The notes below the pieces were generated by a model. The model searched no databases, was not told where the DNA came from, and saw nothing but the letters and a program-made list of their open reading frames with translations. The position numbers were made by a program, and so were the translations under genes. A stretch of DNA of 63,229 nt, counting the filler, from Octopus bimaculoides (lineage: Eukaryota): the NCBI RefSeq assembly GCF_001194135.2. It is 4 parts of 4 records of this genome, joined end to end, with 100 filler letters (N's around TTAATTAATTAA, not from the genome) between each part and the next. Parts side by side here need not be neighbours in the genome. Positions count along the whole stretch, not along the records: positions 1 to 24,473 come from NC_068998.1; 3 more parts are not named here. One strand, written 5' to 3'. Numbering within the stretch: position 1 is the first letter of the stretch; each line of letters opens with the position of its first letter. Positions 1-13,267 of this stretch are shown in pieces.

Positions 1-1308
1 TATATATATATATATATATGGACAAATTAAGTTTTAGTCTCATTGTGAAATATGCATCTAACAAGGTGAGAAATCAGGGAAAGTTAAAACAGAAACAAAA
101 CATCAATATATAATATTCATTCTTCATTCCAACCTTCCTGCGTCTCTGTACAAAGTAGAGATTATGCTACAAATCACAGCATGCCTGGTTCACGTTAAAT
201 TCCATCTGCACTTTATGGCTAAGGGCCAAACAATTAGTATTAAGAAGGGATGTCTGGTTGTAAAATTAAATGTTCCAGCATGACACAGTTGTTTTGGAAT
301 TTACCAGAATGAGAGAAGGAACTCTTGAAATGCCAATCCATCATTGGTCAGTGGATATCAAATAGGAACAAGAAACTTCTAGCATCACTATTACTGTTAT
401 AATCACTGCCATGCATCTTAATTATTACCATCACCCTATTGTCATCCCCACCACCATTATCATCCTAACGACAATGCTCACCACCACCACCATTCAATAT
501 TACTATGGCCTACTCCCTGAGCATTATAATCATCTGCGTTATATTTGTCGTCACTATAGTCTTACTTCCTGTTCCTCTTCCACGTCGTTATCGTTTTCTA
601 GTTTTCCATGCTGGCACCAATTAGACAGTCAATCACAATTAGTATCAAATCAACCGTGTTATAAGTGTAATGATAATGAATAGATCAAAGCACGATTGAT
701 TAGGGAAGGGAGAAAATGTTTCACAGCTAGATCCTACAACACGTCTCTCGGGAAGCTTTCATTCTCCTAAATATGTGTCTTACTGTGACAGCTTATTCTT
801 CACAGCTGCATATAGAACATTAGCTGGCAACAGGAATGTTGCCACTTGAATTTGGCAGCATCTGAAATTGTGCCATTAATTTGTGTTGTGTCTGGAATAT
901 TTGATGAAGAATTTATATATGCAAGTGAGAAGTATTTAGTACTGACACCTAATAAAATAGCCTCGGCTTCATTACAATTCTAGAAGTTGCTATTATTCTT
1001 TAGCCCCCGGTCAGCTATGGTCAAGTGGACCTATAAATCAAAGACATTCTGTGGCCACTTCATCTTTTACCATCATGCAAGGAACTAAGGACCATATTAT
1101 TTTGAGCACTTTCTTCTAACATGGTAGGGTGTGATTAATGGGATATTTTGCTGCTTTACTGCTATTTCTAGCAATTCTAGTGACATTGTAAAGAGCATAT
1201 CTTATTTCTCCCTAAGACTGCAGAACAGCACCAACGGGTTGAAGATTACCTTATCACCTTCCCAGCTCTTGTTGTCAGCAGAAGATTTTGCTGAGGGATA
1301 GGGGAAAA

Positions 1309-1606
1309 TGCTGGCATTCCATTGGTTGTGACAAGGGTATCAGCTGATCTGATCTACAGAAATTAACATGCAAGTGAAATTAGCATGAGCACTCCACATA
1401 TACATGTACCCTCAACATAGTTCTCAGGGACACAGAATGTGACAAGGCTGGTCCTTTGAAATACAGGTACTACACATGTTTGTGGACTGGAGCAATGTGA
1501 AATAAAGTGTCTTGCTCAAGGACACAACACATTGCTGAGAATTGAATACATGACCTTACAATTATAAGCTGAATACTCCCAACTGCTGAGCAACATGCTT
1601 TCACAT
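1309..1606 (-). mobile_element. Old SINE sharing the family A 3' tail but with a different core (A')
   Basis: Tail GAGCACTCCACA..ACATGTACCCT..ACATAGTTCTC; core GAAATAAAGTGTCTTGCTCAAGGACACAAC. Confidence 0.7.
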
Positions 1607-1632
1607 TTGACGAGGGAAATATAGCTGTTACT

Positions 1633-1838
1633 TTAAACCTTTAGCACTGAAAGCAACCATCTCTGTCCAAAGTATTCTGCCTGTTTTACATTCAAAGTGG
1701 CCAGATCTGGCTTCTCACACCAACCCAGCAATATCTCATCAAAATCTCATAGCTACAGGATAATACCTGATTAATTCAAATCAATGTGAATAATAAAGCA
1801 TCAGTTTTGACAGAATAATGTGAATAATAAAGGATTGA
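1633..1838 (+). mobile_element. piggyBac-type MITE (TTAA), degenerate
   Basis: TTAAACCTTTAGCA left end; internal similarity to 10051-10278 and 38076-38304. Confidence 0.6.
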
Positions 1839-3441
1839 GCAAGTTGAGTGTCCTAAGAATAATTCTGTTGAGAGTTTAATGGGGTTTTTTTTTGTTGTTG
1901 TTGTTGTTGTTGTTATTTAGACTCAGATCAGTTCTAACAAAATTATTACACATTTTTTGTGTTATATCATGCTTTTCCATCTAGCTTTTTAGTATTACTC
2001 CTCGTTACTTCCAGCACTCTGTGCTGATTGGAAGTTTCATGAAATGGATGTATCTTTTAATTAACTCCCACTCCTTTCCATCTTACTTTGTACAATCTAA
2101 AAATGACATTAAATGCATGGAGAACCATGAAGTACTGATAACATGTACTCACTGCCTAAAGATTTATAACAGATTTACTGAGATTACTTTCATTAATTTG
2201 CTGTTTTGCTCAAAAATATTGTCAAGATCTTTTTTTTTTGTGTGTGTGTTATCAAAATATAACTTAAATGAATTCTCATTAGTAGTAGCTAATTATAATT
2301 ATTATATAATTATGATTCTTGCTCTTTTCATCTTCTAAATTAGATGAGAATTCCAACAATATTATCTGCAGTTTTAATAATTAGAAATTATAATTGAAAT
2401 GTGTATCTTTATTTTTGTTCTTATCTTTACTGAAATGTGGAGTATCATAGCTAAAATGGTGTGTTAGGTGCCAACACCTTCTGGTTGAGTTGGCGGGATG
2501 AGTACCTCATGTTATTTAAATGAGCATTTAGTTTCCTTTCCTTTTATAGCTGATAAGCAAAGCTTGGAAATACCAACATCTTCATACATATTAGAAAAAT
2601 GCAGCAAATTTCATGTTCTTGTAGTTATCAGATCTATTTTGGAATTGGTTGTTTGGTTTTGATTTAACTACTACTCTTAGTAATTGATTCTAGCTTGTAT
2701 GGATCATGTCCAAGATGATTTGCTGTCTTGTTGCATCACCTGTTGAATAATTTATATGATTGGCCAATCCTATACTGGGATGTAGTAGTTGTTGTTGTTG
2801 CTTACCTCCAGATCAACCCTGGTTGAGTAAACCAACGATCAAAAGTATTCAAATCATATCCTTCCATCTTCGTTTAAAATATAATGTATCCAGAACTACA
2901 TTATCCTGGAAGCACATATTTCCTTTCATTTTTAAGATAGTCTCATTGCTCTAAAATAAGGCAATAAAATGTAATTTGAAGAAGGCTTGGCTATTGTTTC
3001 TAACAAGTTCAATGACAATGTAAAGCACCCTGACCTCGATGGTTGAAGGTGGCTTCAGGATGTTTGTTGGTGACTAAGATATTAAAGACTTTGATAAAAG
3101 TTTGGTTGCTATTTTTAGTAGGTTGAGTGATCACACAGAGGCTCCCTTCTTTAGCTCCCCACTTTTTTTCAATGAAATTAATATTTTTTACTACAATCTT
3201 TTTGATATCTACTATATCTTGGATCTCTTAGCTTAGGCACAACAAACACCTTACTCGTGAATTTATATTGTAATTTTAATTTAAAGTAGCAAGTAATTTT
3301 GTGTCTTTGAATTCTAATTTTCTGTGTTTCTACAAGAACCACAGATGTGTGGTTCCCAAATAACATTTGTCATATTTCTGAGAGAGTTCACTGAAGCTAT
3401 GAAAACTACTGAAAGCATGCTGTGTTTATGTAAGGTATATC

Positions 3442-3727
3442 CAGTGATGGACTGGGTCTAAAAATATTGGTTGCAGGCGACTAAGGGGGCCCACTGGAAA
3501 TGCTATCATTTAATTTTTTTTTTTTTTGTTAAAAGTATTCTTTTCAACTGTCTCCAAACACAGCCAGGCTGAAAGAATTAATGCATTCTTCCAGGAGTAA
3601 ATAAAAATTCACAAACTCGAGGGGATAGGCCACTTAGATACTGACATGGGCCCCCATAAATGGATTCTAATGGTGCAGGGGCCCACTTGTCTTTGGGCAA
3701 GCTGGAAACCTGGCCAGTCTGCCACTG
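3442..3727. mobile_element. hAT-type MITE
   Basis: TIRs CAGTGATGGACTGG / CCAGTCTGCCACTG; 8-bp TSD GGTATATC / GATATATC (7/8); internal GGGGGCCC subterminal motifs. Confidence 0.8.
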
Positions 3728-3947
3728 GATATATCCTTTTTTTTTCTAGAAGGAACAGGTGCAATGAATTTCACAATTTTAACTTTACAGCAGGTGCACT
3801 TTTTACAGCTTCCCACAGTAAAGTTCAAAGGTCATATTTAAATTTGACTTTATTTCATCCAGAATATATAAACATCTTCAGTGGATTTTGCAAAGCAACT
3901 ATAATAAATCTGATTAAACATTATTTTCTTCAAATCTTTTGTCTTCT

Positions 3948-4116
3948 ATCTTTTGCTTGTTTTAGTTATTAGACTGTGGTCATGCTGGGGCACCTCCTTG
4001 AAAATTTTTTAGTTGAATGAATTGTCCCCCAATGCTTTTTATTTGTCAAGCTGAACCACTAAGTTATAGGGATGTAAACACACCAACACCGGTTATCAAT
4101 CAGCAGCAGGGGACAA

Positions 4117-4150
<34 letters not shown>

Positions 4151-4290
4151 CTTCTGTCTACCAAATGCATTGACAAATGCGTTCAGTTATAGTAGAAGAC
4201 TCTTACCCAAGGTGCCACACAATGGGACTGAACCCAGAACTCTGTAGTTGGGAAGCAAGCTTCTTACCACACAGCCATGCCTGCACCTAT
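3948..4290 (-). mobile_element. SINE family C, full length with internal (CA)n
   Basis: Reverse complement of GGTGCAGGCATGGCTGTGTGGTAAGAAGCTTGCTTCCCAAC; tail ACAAGCAAAAGATAG. Confidence 0.85.
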
Positions 4291-5684
4291 ATCATAATAC
4301 CAGAGAAGAGTCAGTACCAATCACACATGAGAGCATGTTTTGCTCTTATTTTTCATAGGCTGAGTGTGTAAAAACCTTACGTTGCATAAACATTTTTTCT
4401 TGTGACAAAAATATATGTGTACACTAAATGGATAACACATATAATTATTAATGACTTCATCCTTTTAGGCAGCTAACATTTCGTGTATACATAATTTTCT
4501 TGTGTTCCCATTGATTTATCTTAGCGTACTGTTTGCAATTGTGTTAGCATATGAGCACATGTACTGATTTCTTTTACTGTTATTACATGACCCGTAATCA
4601 TAGGTGCATATTATACATGATTGCATATCAATCAAGAATGTTTTTTTTTTTTTATTAGTTACTTTGGTTATACCTGAAGAGTATTGCTGAAAATTTACAT
4701 GATTATCAGTGATAACACTCATGTCGTCTGTTGATTCAGGTGTTTCAGCAACATTGTCCCTCATTTGATTAAATTAGTTAGGAGTGTTTTTGTACATCAA
4801 TTAAGAGAAGTTGGTAGCTTATACAGAATTTCTTTGCGACTAGCCTTCTCGGTGATTTCTTAAATATCTTAGTTTACCGACAAAGATCTTCAAGCCAATG
4901 TGAGTCATTGAGATCAGGGTGCATTACATTGTCATTCAACTTACTCAAAGTAGTAGTCAAATCTTCCTCAAATCACACCTTTGTTGCCTTACTCTAAAGC
5001 AATGAGACATAAGATAATGTAGTCCCTGATCTACTATGCTTGCAAAGAGAATGACAGCACTGTTATTGTTGAAATGGTTTTCACGAGAGGACAACTCAAT
5101 CAGGTCTAATCCGAGATTAAACCATGCATAATCTGCCTTCTGCAGTTTTGTGGTTTTCATATGTATATACATATATATGATACAGATAAGGAAATAATTT
5201 TATTCTCAAATGCAGGATAATTCTATTTCAATACATCTCAATACTTCTAAAGCAAACTTTGTTTGTTGACTTTCAATGTAAGTTGAATTTAACATACATA
5301 TATGTGTATATATATGTGTGTATGTGTGTGTGTATTTATGAGTGTTTAGATTGATGTACAGACAGGTAGATAGATAGATAGATAGATAGATAGACAGATG
5401 AATGTTAAATAAATGACAAGGGAACAGAAGCTCTGAGGAAGTTGTAAGGTGATGCATTAGTACCTAGTTCTATATGCACTGCAGCTTATAAATGAAACGG
5501 CTGTAAGCTAATGAAATTGATTGCATAGTTCCTGTTCCTTTATTATTTATTTACCTTTGTATTATGCTCTGTACTTGACTAATGCTTTATTCTGAAGCAA
5601 ATGTATATTGAGTGGTAACATCAGGTTATTAATATTGCTAAGCTTAAGTAAAATCTTAAGGCTGTTTGTGCATATATATCTATA

Positions 5685-5767
<83 letters not shown>

Positions 5768-5795
5768 CGACGACACACACACACACACACACATA
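5685..5795. repeat. (TA)n/(CA)n microsatellite
   Basis: Long pure TA run followed by a CA run. Confidence 0.97.
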
Positions 5796-6310
5796 TACAA
5801 CAGGGAAGAGAGAGAGGGGAAGATGGACAGATGAATTAAATTTTATTTTACTGGTGATCTCTCAACAGTGTAACATAAGAATTATGGCATCTCAGTGTGA
5901 TAAAAGCAAGATTATTTTTTAAACTCTTTCTTGTGATATACAGTGATTCTTGCATATATCTACTGAGGAAGGTAAAGCAAAGTTCTTTAATTAAATATTG
6001 TACTGAATACCTGTGATTGCATTTATGGTGGTAGCTAAGAACAATAGCTAATCACTGTAATGTAGAATTCATCCACATAAGTTTATGTATACATATTTTG
6101 TGTGGGTGGGAATGTGTTCATGCTGTTCAGTTTCGTTACATCTACCATTGTGTCATTCTGTATGCATGTATAAAATATACACTCTTCAATTTACAATCAC
6201 AAACACACACATAGATAAACACATGAATATTTATTGTTAAGCATACATACAAGTATATCACCTGATAATCCATTTCTTAGATGAGTCATTATCATTATCA
6301 TACGCTAATA

Positions 6311-6625
6311 TAAGGCGGTGAGCTGGCAGAATCGTTAGCACGTTGGACGAAATGCTTAACACTATTTCGTCCGTTGCTACATTCTGTGTTCAAATTCCGC
6401 CGAAGTCAACTCTACCCTTCATCCTTTCAGGGTCAATAAATTAAGGGTTGATGTAATCAATTATACCCCCTCCCCAAAATTTCAAGCTTTGTGCCAATAG
6501 TCGAAAGGGTTATTATAGATTAATATAAAGGTGGAAGGTTGGCAGAATTGTTAGCACACCAGACAAATTGCTTAATGGCAATTCATCAGTCTTTACGTGG
6601 TGAGTTCATATTCCACATGAACTCA
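6311..6625 (+). mobile_element. SINE family B (one near-full copy plus an adjacent head)
   Basis: TAAGGCGGTGAGCTGGCAGAATCGTTAGCAC ... TTCAAATTCCGCCGAAGTCAAC ... CATCCTTTC.GGGTC.ATAAATTAAG. Confidence 0.85.
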
Positions 6626-6639
6626 TAATAATAATAATA

Positions 6640-6671
<32 letters not shown>

Positions 6672-7144
6672 GATTATTATTATGATAATAATCCTTTCTA
6701 CTATAGGCACAAGGCAAGGAATTTGGGGGAGAGAAATATGTTAATGAGATCGATCCCAGTGCTCTTGAAGGCAATGCTCCAGCTTGGCCACAGTCAAATG
6801 ACTGAAACAAGTAAAAAAATAAAAGCATATATATAGATAGATAGATGGGTTGTGCGTGGGTGTTCATTCAGTATTCAATGTATGTTTTTCAAATAAAGGA
6901 TTTTCTTAATTCCAACGGTTTTCAGAAGTGTAGAAAGACCAATCATAATATCATGTGCATGTGGTGGGGGAATGTATGTATGTATGTATGAGTGTATGTG
7001 CACATGCAAATAGATTAAAAGAAAGATATGCATTCTTACATCTATATGAATGCATTACATAAACATGCGTACAAAAGCGCATGTCTGTGTGTGTGTGTTT
7101 GTTTGTGTGTGTATGCAAAAGCACACCAATGCAGAGTCGCAAAA

Positions 7145-7184
<40 letters not shown>

Positions 7185-7682
7185 CACAAAAGCAGCCATG
7201 GGTTCTTAGATTTCACAACGTTATTTAATATTGAAATACAATTGTATTTTCAGAATTTTAATTAAAATTCCAACTTATCTCCAACGTATTGTTCAGGGAA
7301 ACCTAAAATGTTAGATAACCATGAGAATGAGGTCAAACATTATCTTTTTATGAAATTAAAAGCAAATGTACAAATACTTGCATGAATAACAGACTGCTGC
7401 TACCTGTGGCAGTATTGGAAACTGGACGTTACAATTGTGATTAGCGTCTATGATATTGATCATGAAAAGAGAAATTTAAATATTATCTCTTGCTTTCTCT
7501 TTCTGGCTTTTTCTTCATACACTGGCATACATAAACATATATAACACACACATATATATATATATATACACACACCCATACTTACTTATGAGGTGGGGGG
7601 GGGGTTTCCAGACAGGCCTTTCATGATATTCTTAAAGCCAGGAAATTTTCAGCACCCACCCGCTAATACACACACACACACA

Positions 7683-7895
7683 TACACGACGGGGTGCTGG
7701 CTTTGGGTAAAAAAAAAATACAGGAGGATCAGTTAATTACGATTTTATTCAACATATTCCCTTCTCGGATTCACAGACTTATTGCAACAGTTCTTCAGTT
7801 TTTCTAAGCCCTGTAAAAGAACTTAGAAGGTTGGACCTCAAGCCAAGCCTTTTGCACTACCCTTAAAGCCAGGAGATTTTCAGCACCCCCATGTA
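7683..7895. mobile_element. Tc1/mariner-derived MITE (a second partial end lies at ~7610-7662)
   Basis: Right TIR AAAGCCAGGAGATTTTCAGCACCCCC; left TIR GGGGTGCTG[deletion]GCTTT; TA at both ends. Confidence 0.6.
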
Positions 7896-7931
7896 TGTTA
7901 ATGGTTTCATTCATGTTATATCAAGGAAGGT

Positions 7932-8324
7932 GGAGGCGCAATGGCCCAGTGGTTAGGGCAGCGGACTCTCGGTCATAGGATCGCGGTTTCGATTCCCAGA
8001 CCGGGCGTCGTGAGTGTTTATTGAGCAAAAACACTTAAAAAGTTCCACGAGGCTCCGGCAGGGGATGGTGGCGACCCTGCTGTACTCGTTCACCACAACT
8101 TTCTCTCACTTTTACTTCCTGTTTCTGTTGTGCCTGTAATTCAAAGGGGCCAACCTTGTCACACTCTGTGTCGTGCTGAATATCCCCGAGAACTACGTTA
8201 AGGGTACACATGTCTGTGGAGTGCTCAGCCACTTGCACGTTAATTTCACGAGCAGGCTGTTCTGTTGATCGGATCAACTGGAACCCTCGACGTCGTAAGC
8301 GACGGAGTGCCAACAACAAAACAA
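7932..8324 (+). mobile_element. SINE family A, full length (tRNA-like head, (CAA)n tail)
   Basis: GGAGGCGCAATGGCCCAGTGGTTAGGGCAGCGG (A box) ... GGTTTCGATTCCC (B box) ... GACGGAGTGCCAACAAC; four more copies in the window. Confidence 0.92.
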
Positions 8325-9207
8325 TATCTGTGTGATATTTAAAGCATGAAAAATATCGTTTCAGTTTTCTGTTGACACAGATTTTGTTGAATCATTTGAT
8401 TTATATAGATCTACGAATGCTCGAAGCCGAGTATATAATTATCTATATAGCTTGCAGTGTGCACTGACTGATTAGAGTTTTAAATAGAGCTGGTTTCACT
8501 ACTGTCTCTGACAACAACTGTGTGAAAACAACTCATGTTTTTAATCCTGGTATATCTTTGGCTATTTGGAATTAAAGTCTACTGCAACATTTGAAGAGCA
8601 TCAATCTTCATCTGCTCACACATGCATACACACTCTCACACGTACTCACACACATTCACTCTCTTTCTCTCTCTCTCTCTCATACACATGCACATTTGTG
8701 TAAATGCGTATGTGTATAATGAGAAAGGAAAAGTGGTACTATTTGAAACCTCAAATCAGTAAATTTGATGTTGCACTCGAGGGCTAATAATATATATAGA
8801 CACAAACACACATACACACACACACACACACTCACATACAACCCACTTATTCACAAGCTTTTACATACACATTCACAGGCACGTATATATAAATATATTA
8901 ATGTATAAAACATATAGTATGTGTGTGTGTTAAGTTTGTCAGGTTTAGATTAGAGACACTGTTTCATATGAAATCATAGGATTATTTCCACATTTCTGTC
9001 AAATTTGACAAGAAATGATGCTTTCAGTTTCGTATTTCTTGAATATAGAAGCAACCCAATCAATAATTAATGTGAAGCTAACGATCACAGTTCCAATCCC
9101 TGTGTGATGTTTGCTCTTCTGGATAGATAAAAATACTAATCAATAAAATACTCGGTTTGATCAGTACATCAAACTTTTCCCTTAAATATTGACTTTATAG
9201 CTTTTTT

Positions 9208-9740
9208 GTGGAGGTGCATGGCTCAGTGGTTTGATTATTGAGTTCATGATTGCTAGGTCGTGGGTTCAATTCTCAGACCGGGCTGCACATTGTATCTTTA
9301 AGAAAAGCACTTCACATGGTGGCAAACTGGCAGAAACATTAGCATGAGGTTGACTTTGCCTTTCATACTTTTGGGGTCGATAAATTAAGTACCAGCTATG
9401 CACTGGGGTCGATGTAATCGACTTAAACCCTTTGTCTGTCCTTGTGTGTCCCCTCTATGTTTAGCCCCTTGTGGGCAATGAAGAAATAAGTAACGTTAGC
9501 ATGCCAGGCAAAATGCTCAGCGGTATTTTGTCTGTTGTTACGTTCTGAGTTCGAATTTCACCGAGGTCAACTTTGCCTTTCATCCTTTCAGGATCGATAA
9601 ATTAAGTACCAGTTGCATACTGGAGTCAATCTAATCGACTGGCCCCGTCCCCCAAAATTTTGGGCCTTATGCCTAGAGTAGAAAAGCAAAGCACTTCATT
9701 ATACATTGTACCAGTACACTGAGCTGTACCAGTGCCACCT
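9208..9740 (+). mobile_element. Nested SINE stack: A'-type head interrupted by a SINE-B that itself contains a B-like insert
   Basis: 11-bp duplication AAAGCACTTCA at 9304-9314 and 9688-9698 flanks the B insertion; the inner element ends TTAGCCCCTTGTGGGCAATGAAGAAATAAG. Confidence 0.75.
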
Positions 9741-10050
9741 GGGGAATAAATTTTGCATTGGACTGCTGTCATGATCAGAGTAGGAGCGTATTATTATCTC
9801 TCAACCTGAATGTCTTGAAATTTAAGTAATTCTGAAGTCTTACAAGACAATCAGCTTGATGCAGGCTTCTGTAGATTTCCTCCCACTGATGCATTATATG
9901 GTCAGCTGATTAAAGATTTATGATTAAAGTTATACCTCAATGGGGCTAAGGCATGGGCTGAATTCTATCAGTAGAGGTGTGACAGATCATGAGAGCAAAT
10001 AGGAAATGTGACATCATGCTTACTTAGAATATAAAGCTTTATTTCTTCCC

Positions 10051-10278
10051 TTATCCCTTTAGCATTTAAACTGACCACATCTGGCCCAAATATTCAACCT
10101 GTTTTACTTTTAAATTGGCCAGAACCAGGTTCCTGCACCAACCCTACTATGTCATTCCAAAAATAAGCAATCCCGTCATTGAAATCTCAAAGCTACAAAA
10201 TAACGCATGATTAATTCAAAACAATGTGAATATGTATGAGTTACATTTGATAGAGTATACTGAATGCTAAGGGGTTAA
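10051..10278 (+). mobile_element. piggyBac-type MITE (TTAA)
   Basis: TTATCCCTTTAGCATT ... AATGCTAAGGGGTTAA terminal inverted repeats. Confidence 0.78.
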
Positions 10279-10289
10279 CAAGTTGGATA

Positions 10290-10665
10290 TAGCAGCCAAA
10301 TGTCACTCAAATCACACCCTGCTTCTTTTTTTTAAAAAAAAAAGAAGAGTCATGAAGTATGTAGTTTTAGATACTGTATGTCTTAAAGCTGAAACAAAAA
10401 CAAAGGTAGATGGTCACTCTTACAATGTCTTTCGGTGATGGTCTGTCAGATCAGGCCTGATTTAGGGCTAAACTGTAACAACAAGAATACTGCTACAGAC
10501 ATCAATAAAAACACCAGCTTAATTTTCTAGAAATAGCAGCCAAATCTCCCTGCAGTCACATTATACTATTTTTAAAAGAACTCATTGGATAATATTGCCT
10601 GATTGAAATACGTTTAACATGATCATAAGTTTGCCTGATTTGGAGTATCCTGGGGCTAAACAACA
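10290..10665 (+). mobile_element. Family E dispersed repeat (two adjacent copies); other copies at ~995-1186(-), 2791-3035(-), 13700-13870, 15515-15690, 36965-37020, 50650-50710, 62488-62676
   Basis: Recurrent CTAGAAATAGCAGCCAAATCTCCCTCAAATCACACCCTA motif, ending GACCTGGGGCTAAACAACAAC; the (CAA)n tail suggests a SINE-like retroposon. Confidence 0.65.
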
Positions 10666-11086
10666 CTATCCTTATATTACACCACTACAACTGAGATTTT
10701 CAAAGGAGTACTATGCTATGAGAATACTCATTTCTATTAAAGTGGTGTTGCAATATTTGTCATATTAGTAATATAAATCAAGTTAATTGCCTGAATTTTC
10801 ATAACCAGGTATATTCATCAATGAAGTAATTGGCCCTATTGACTTCAGGTTATTGCAGTCACAATTTGGAACCATCCCTGCATGTCAATGAAACATTTAA
10901 GAATTCATAGACGTGGAGAATAGAGAATTATTGTAAATGTTTAAATCACTGACTGAAATATCTCACAGTATTTATTTTAGATTTTGTTCTGAATTGTGAT
11001 TTCAAATTTCACTGGAATTTCAATGGAGTCAGCTTCACATTATAACAAGTGAAGTAAGTACCAGTTAATATGCTGACATAGATTAT

Positions 11087-11330
11087 TCATCATCATCGTC
11101 ATTTAGCGTCCGCTTTCCATGCTGGCATGGGTTGAACGGTTTGACACGGGGGTTGGCCAGCCAGGGAGATGTCCAGACTCCAGTTGTCTGTTTTAGCCAC
11201 GGTTTCTATGGCTGGATGTCCTTCCTAATACCAACCAGTTTACAAAGTGCATTGGGTGCTTTTTACATGCCATTGGCACAGATGCATTCATGTAGCACCA
11301 GCACAATGGTATTTTATGTGGCAGTGACAC
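11087..11330 (-). mobile_element. Family D retroelement with RTE-like (GAT)n 3' tail
   Basis: TCATCATCATCGTCATTTAGCGTCCGCTTTCCATGCTGGCATGGGTTG; same end as 30108 and the reverse of 21330. Confidence 0.75.
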
Positions 11331-11389
11331 CTGAAATTAGATATACAACAACATAAGATGTCAAGTGGTGGTGGGGAACAAACTCAAAG

Positions 11390-11635
11390 ACATACACATG
11401 CACACACACCCCGCACACATGTGCACACACATGCTCACACACACACACACACCAGGACACACACACCATACCTGCACACATGCACGCTCACACACACACA
11501 TGCATGCTCACACATACACACACACATACACCAGTATGCACGCACACACAGACACACACACCTGTACACATGCACACTCACACACACACACATGCACACA
11601 CACATAAGCACCAACGCACACACACACACACATAC
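11390..11635. repeat. Degenerate (CA)n microsatellite
   Basis: CA-rich simple sequence. Confidence 0.95.
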
Positions 11636-12579
11636 ATTGCAGCATCCATCAGTCTAGAAAATGCCATGGAACTGTAAAGGCAAGCTGGTAAAACACCATT
11701 CCTCTAAATGAAAACCTTACCTAGCATAGTGGTTTTGTGAGAAAAGCAAACCTTGCTGTCCACTCAATAAAACATGTAGCAAATGGTCGACAAGCATGCA
11801 AGTAAACCGAGTCATCAACTTGATCCATATACTTAAAGGTTTCCAGGACACCAGCAGGCCCCAAGAGACGCATGCATGTCCGTAAACCATGATTATCACC
11901 TTATTTTACTCCACCCTTATTTGTCATTCATGACAAGAGAATCATCATATAAATAAGTATACGTAGGTACATACATACACACACATACATATATATATAT
12001 GTGTGTGTTTGTGTGCTTGTATGAATATTTATGTGTTTGTCTTTACATCTCAGTCAAAAAACAAAGTTTAATAAACATATTTAAATATGCATTAAAAGAT
12101 ATGTGGTGTATGCATATGTGATGTACATATATATTTCTGATCTATGTAGATGAGATGTTTATTTGAATTTCATGCATTCATATCCATATAAATAACATAA
12201 CGAGAGGTTAAATAAATAATATTGAAAGTTTCCTATTTTGCAATTGATTTCTTTTATTTTTCTTCTTTTTTCTAAAAACAGAAACGAAAAAGAAAAATTA
12301 AATTACATGCAAAGACTAATTTGACTTAACCATTTTATTTATTTTTGAAATATTTTCCTGCTAAGTTATTATCATTATGGTTGATTCCTATAAAAGAAGA
12401 CGAGGAAATACTGCTATAACAAAGTGAATAACAAAAATAAATACCTTAGCTAGAAGTTGGTTCTGTCTCTGTTTTTGCTTTTTCCCATGATTTCTAACTA
12501 TTGAGCTATAGATTTTAAATGCATTTAAAATAGATCAATTTAGATAGATCTAGTTATTTGTTTATTTACTCGTGCATGA

Positions 12580-12656
12580 TGGTGAGAGTATATGTGCACA
12601 TATATGGATACTTATATATGTATGAATATATGCATATATATGCATGCATGTATATG

Positions 12657-12693
<37 letters not shown>

Positions 12694-12899
12694 ATATGTG
12701 TATATCTGTATACATTTGTATATGTATATATTTGTGTATGTATGTATATATATGTATATATATGTATGCATGTATATATATATGTGTACATAAATATTTG
12801 TATAAATGTTTACATAGATGCATAATGGTGAGAGTATATGTGCACATATTTACACACACACACACACACATATATATATATGTATGCATGTATATGTGT

Positions 12900-12930
<31 letters not shown>

Positions 12931-13055
12931 TTTCTGTGTGTATGTATGTATGTATGTATGTATATGTCTGTATACATATATGTATGTATGTGTATATATG
13001 TGTATGTATGTATATATATATGTATGCATGTATATATATATATATATGCGATTAT
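12580..13055. repeat. Compound (TA)/(TG)/(TATG) microsatellite with a local ~250-bp duplication
   Basis: GCAT.ATGGTGAGAGTATATGTGCACATAT occurs twice (~12584 and ~12820). Confidence 0.9.
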
Positions 13056-13209
13056 ATGTATTTCTTCTATCTTAATGAATAAAAATTCTTCGGATAGAAT
13101 AAATGGGTTAATAGAAACCAATGTAGCAAAGAACACAAAATAACTGTGGAGTAGTTCCTGTTTTTAAGGCAGGAACTCCTTGAAATTTTGGGTATTTGAG
13201 TATATTTAA

Positions 13210-13267
13210 AAATTTAAGGAATAGAGAAAACGCATGTTAACATGCGTTTTCTCCCTTCCTTAAATTT
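13210..13267. repeat. 58-bp hairpin with a perfect 30-bp palindromic core
   Basis: GAGAAAACGCATGTTAACATGCGTTTTCTC (13224-13253) extended by AAATTTAAGGAA / TTCCTTAAATTT. Confidence 0.9.

Noticed and set aside
4516-4764. Minus-strand ORF MRDNVAETPESTDD... with a CAG|GTATAA donor-like site
   Set aside because: There is an in-frame stop three codons upstream, no clear acceptor and no recognisable homology.
7932-8010. tRNA genes (A/B boxes at the heads of families A, B and C)
   Set aside because: They do not form complete cloverleaves and continue into SINE bodies present in many copies; these are tRNA-derived SINE heads.
12558-13143. Long ORFs of YIYI, VCVC, HTHT and LSIY type here and at 5562-5922, 11358-11677, 22465-23045, 44828-46374 and 59665-60277
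   Set aside because: They are translations of microsatellites.
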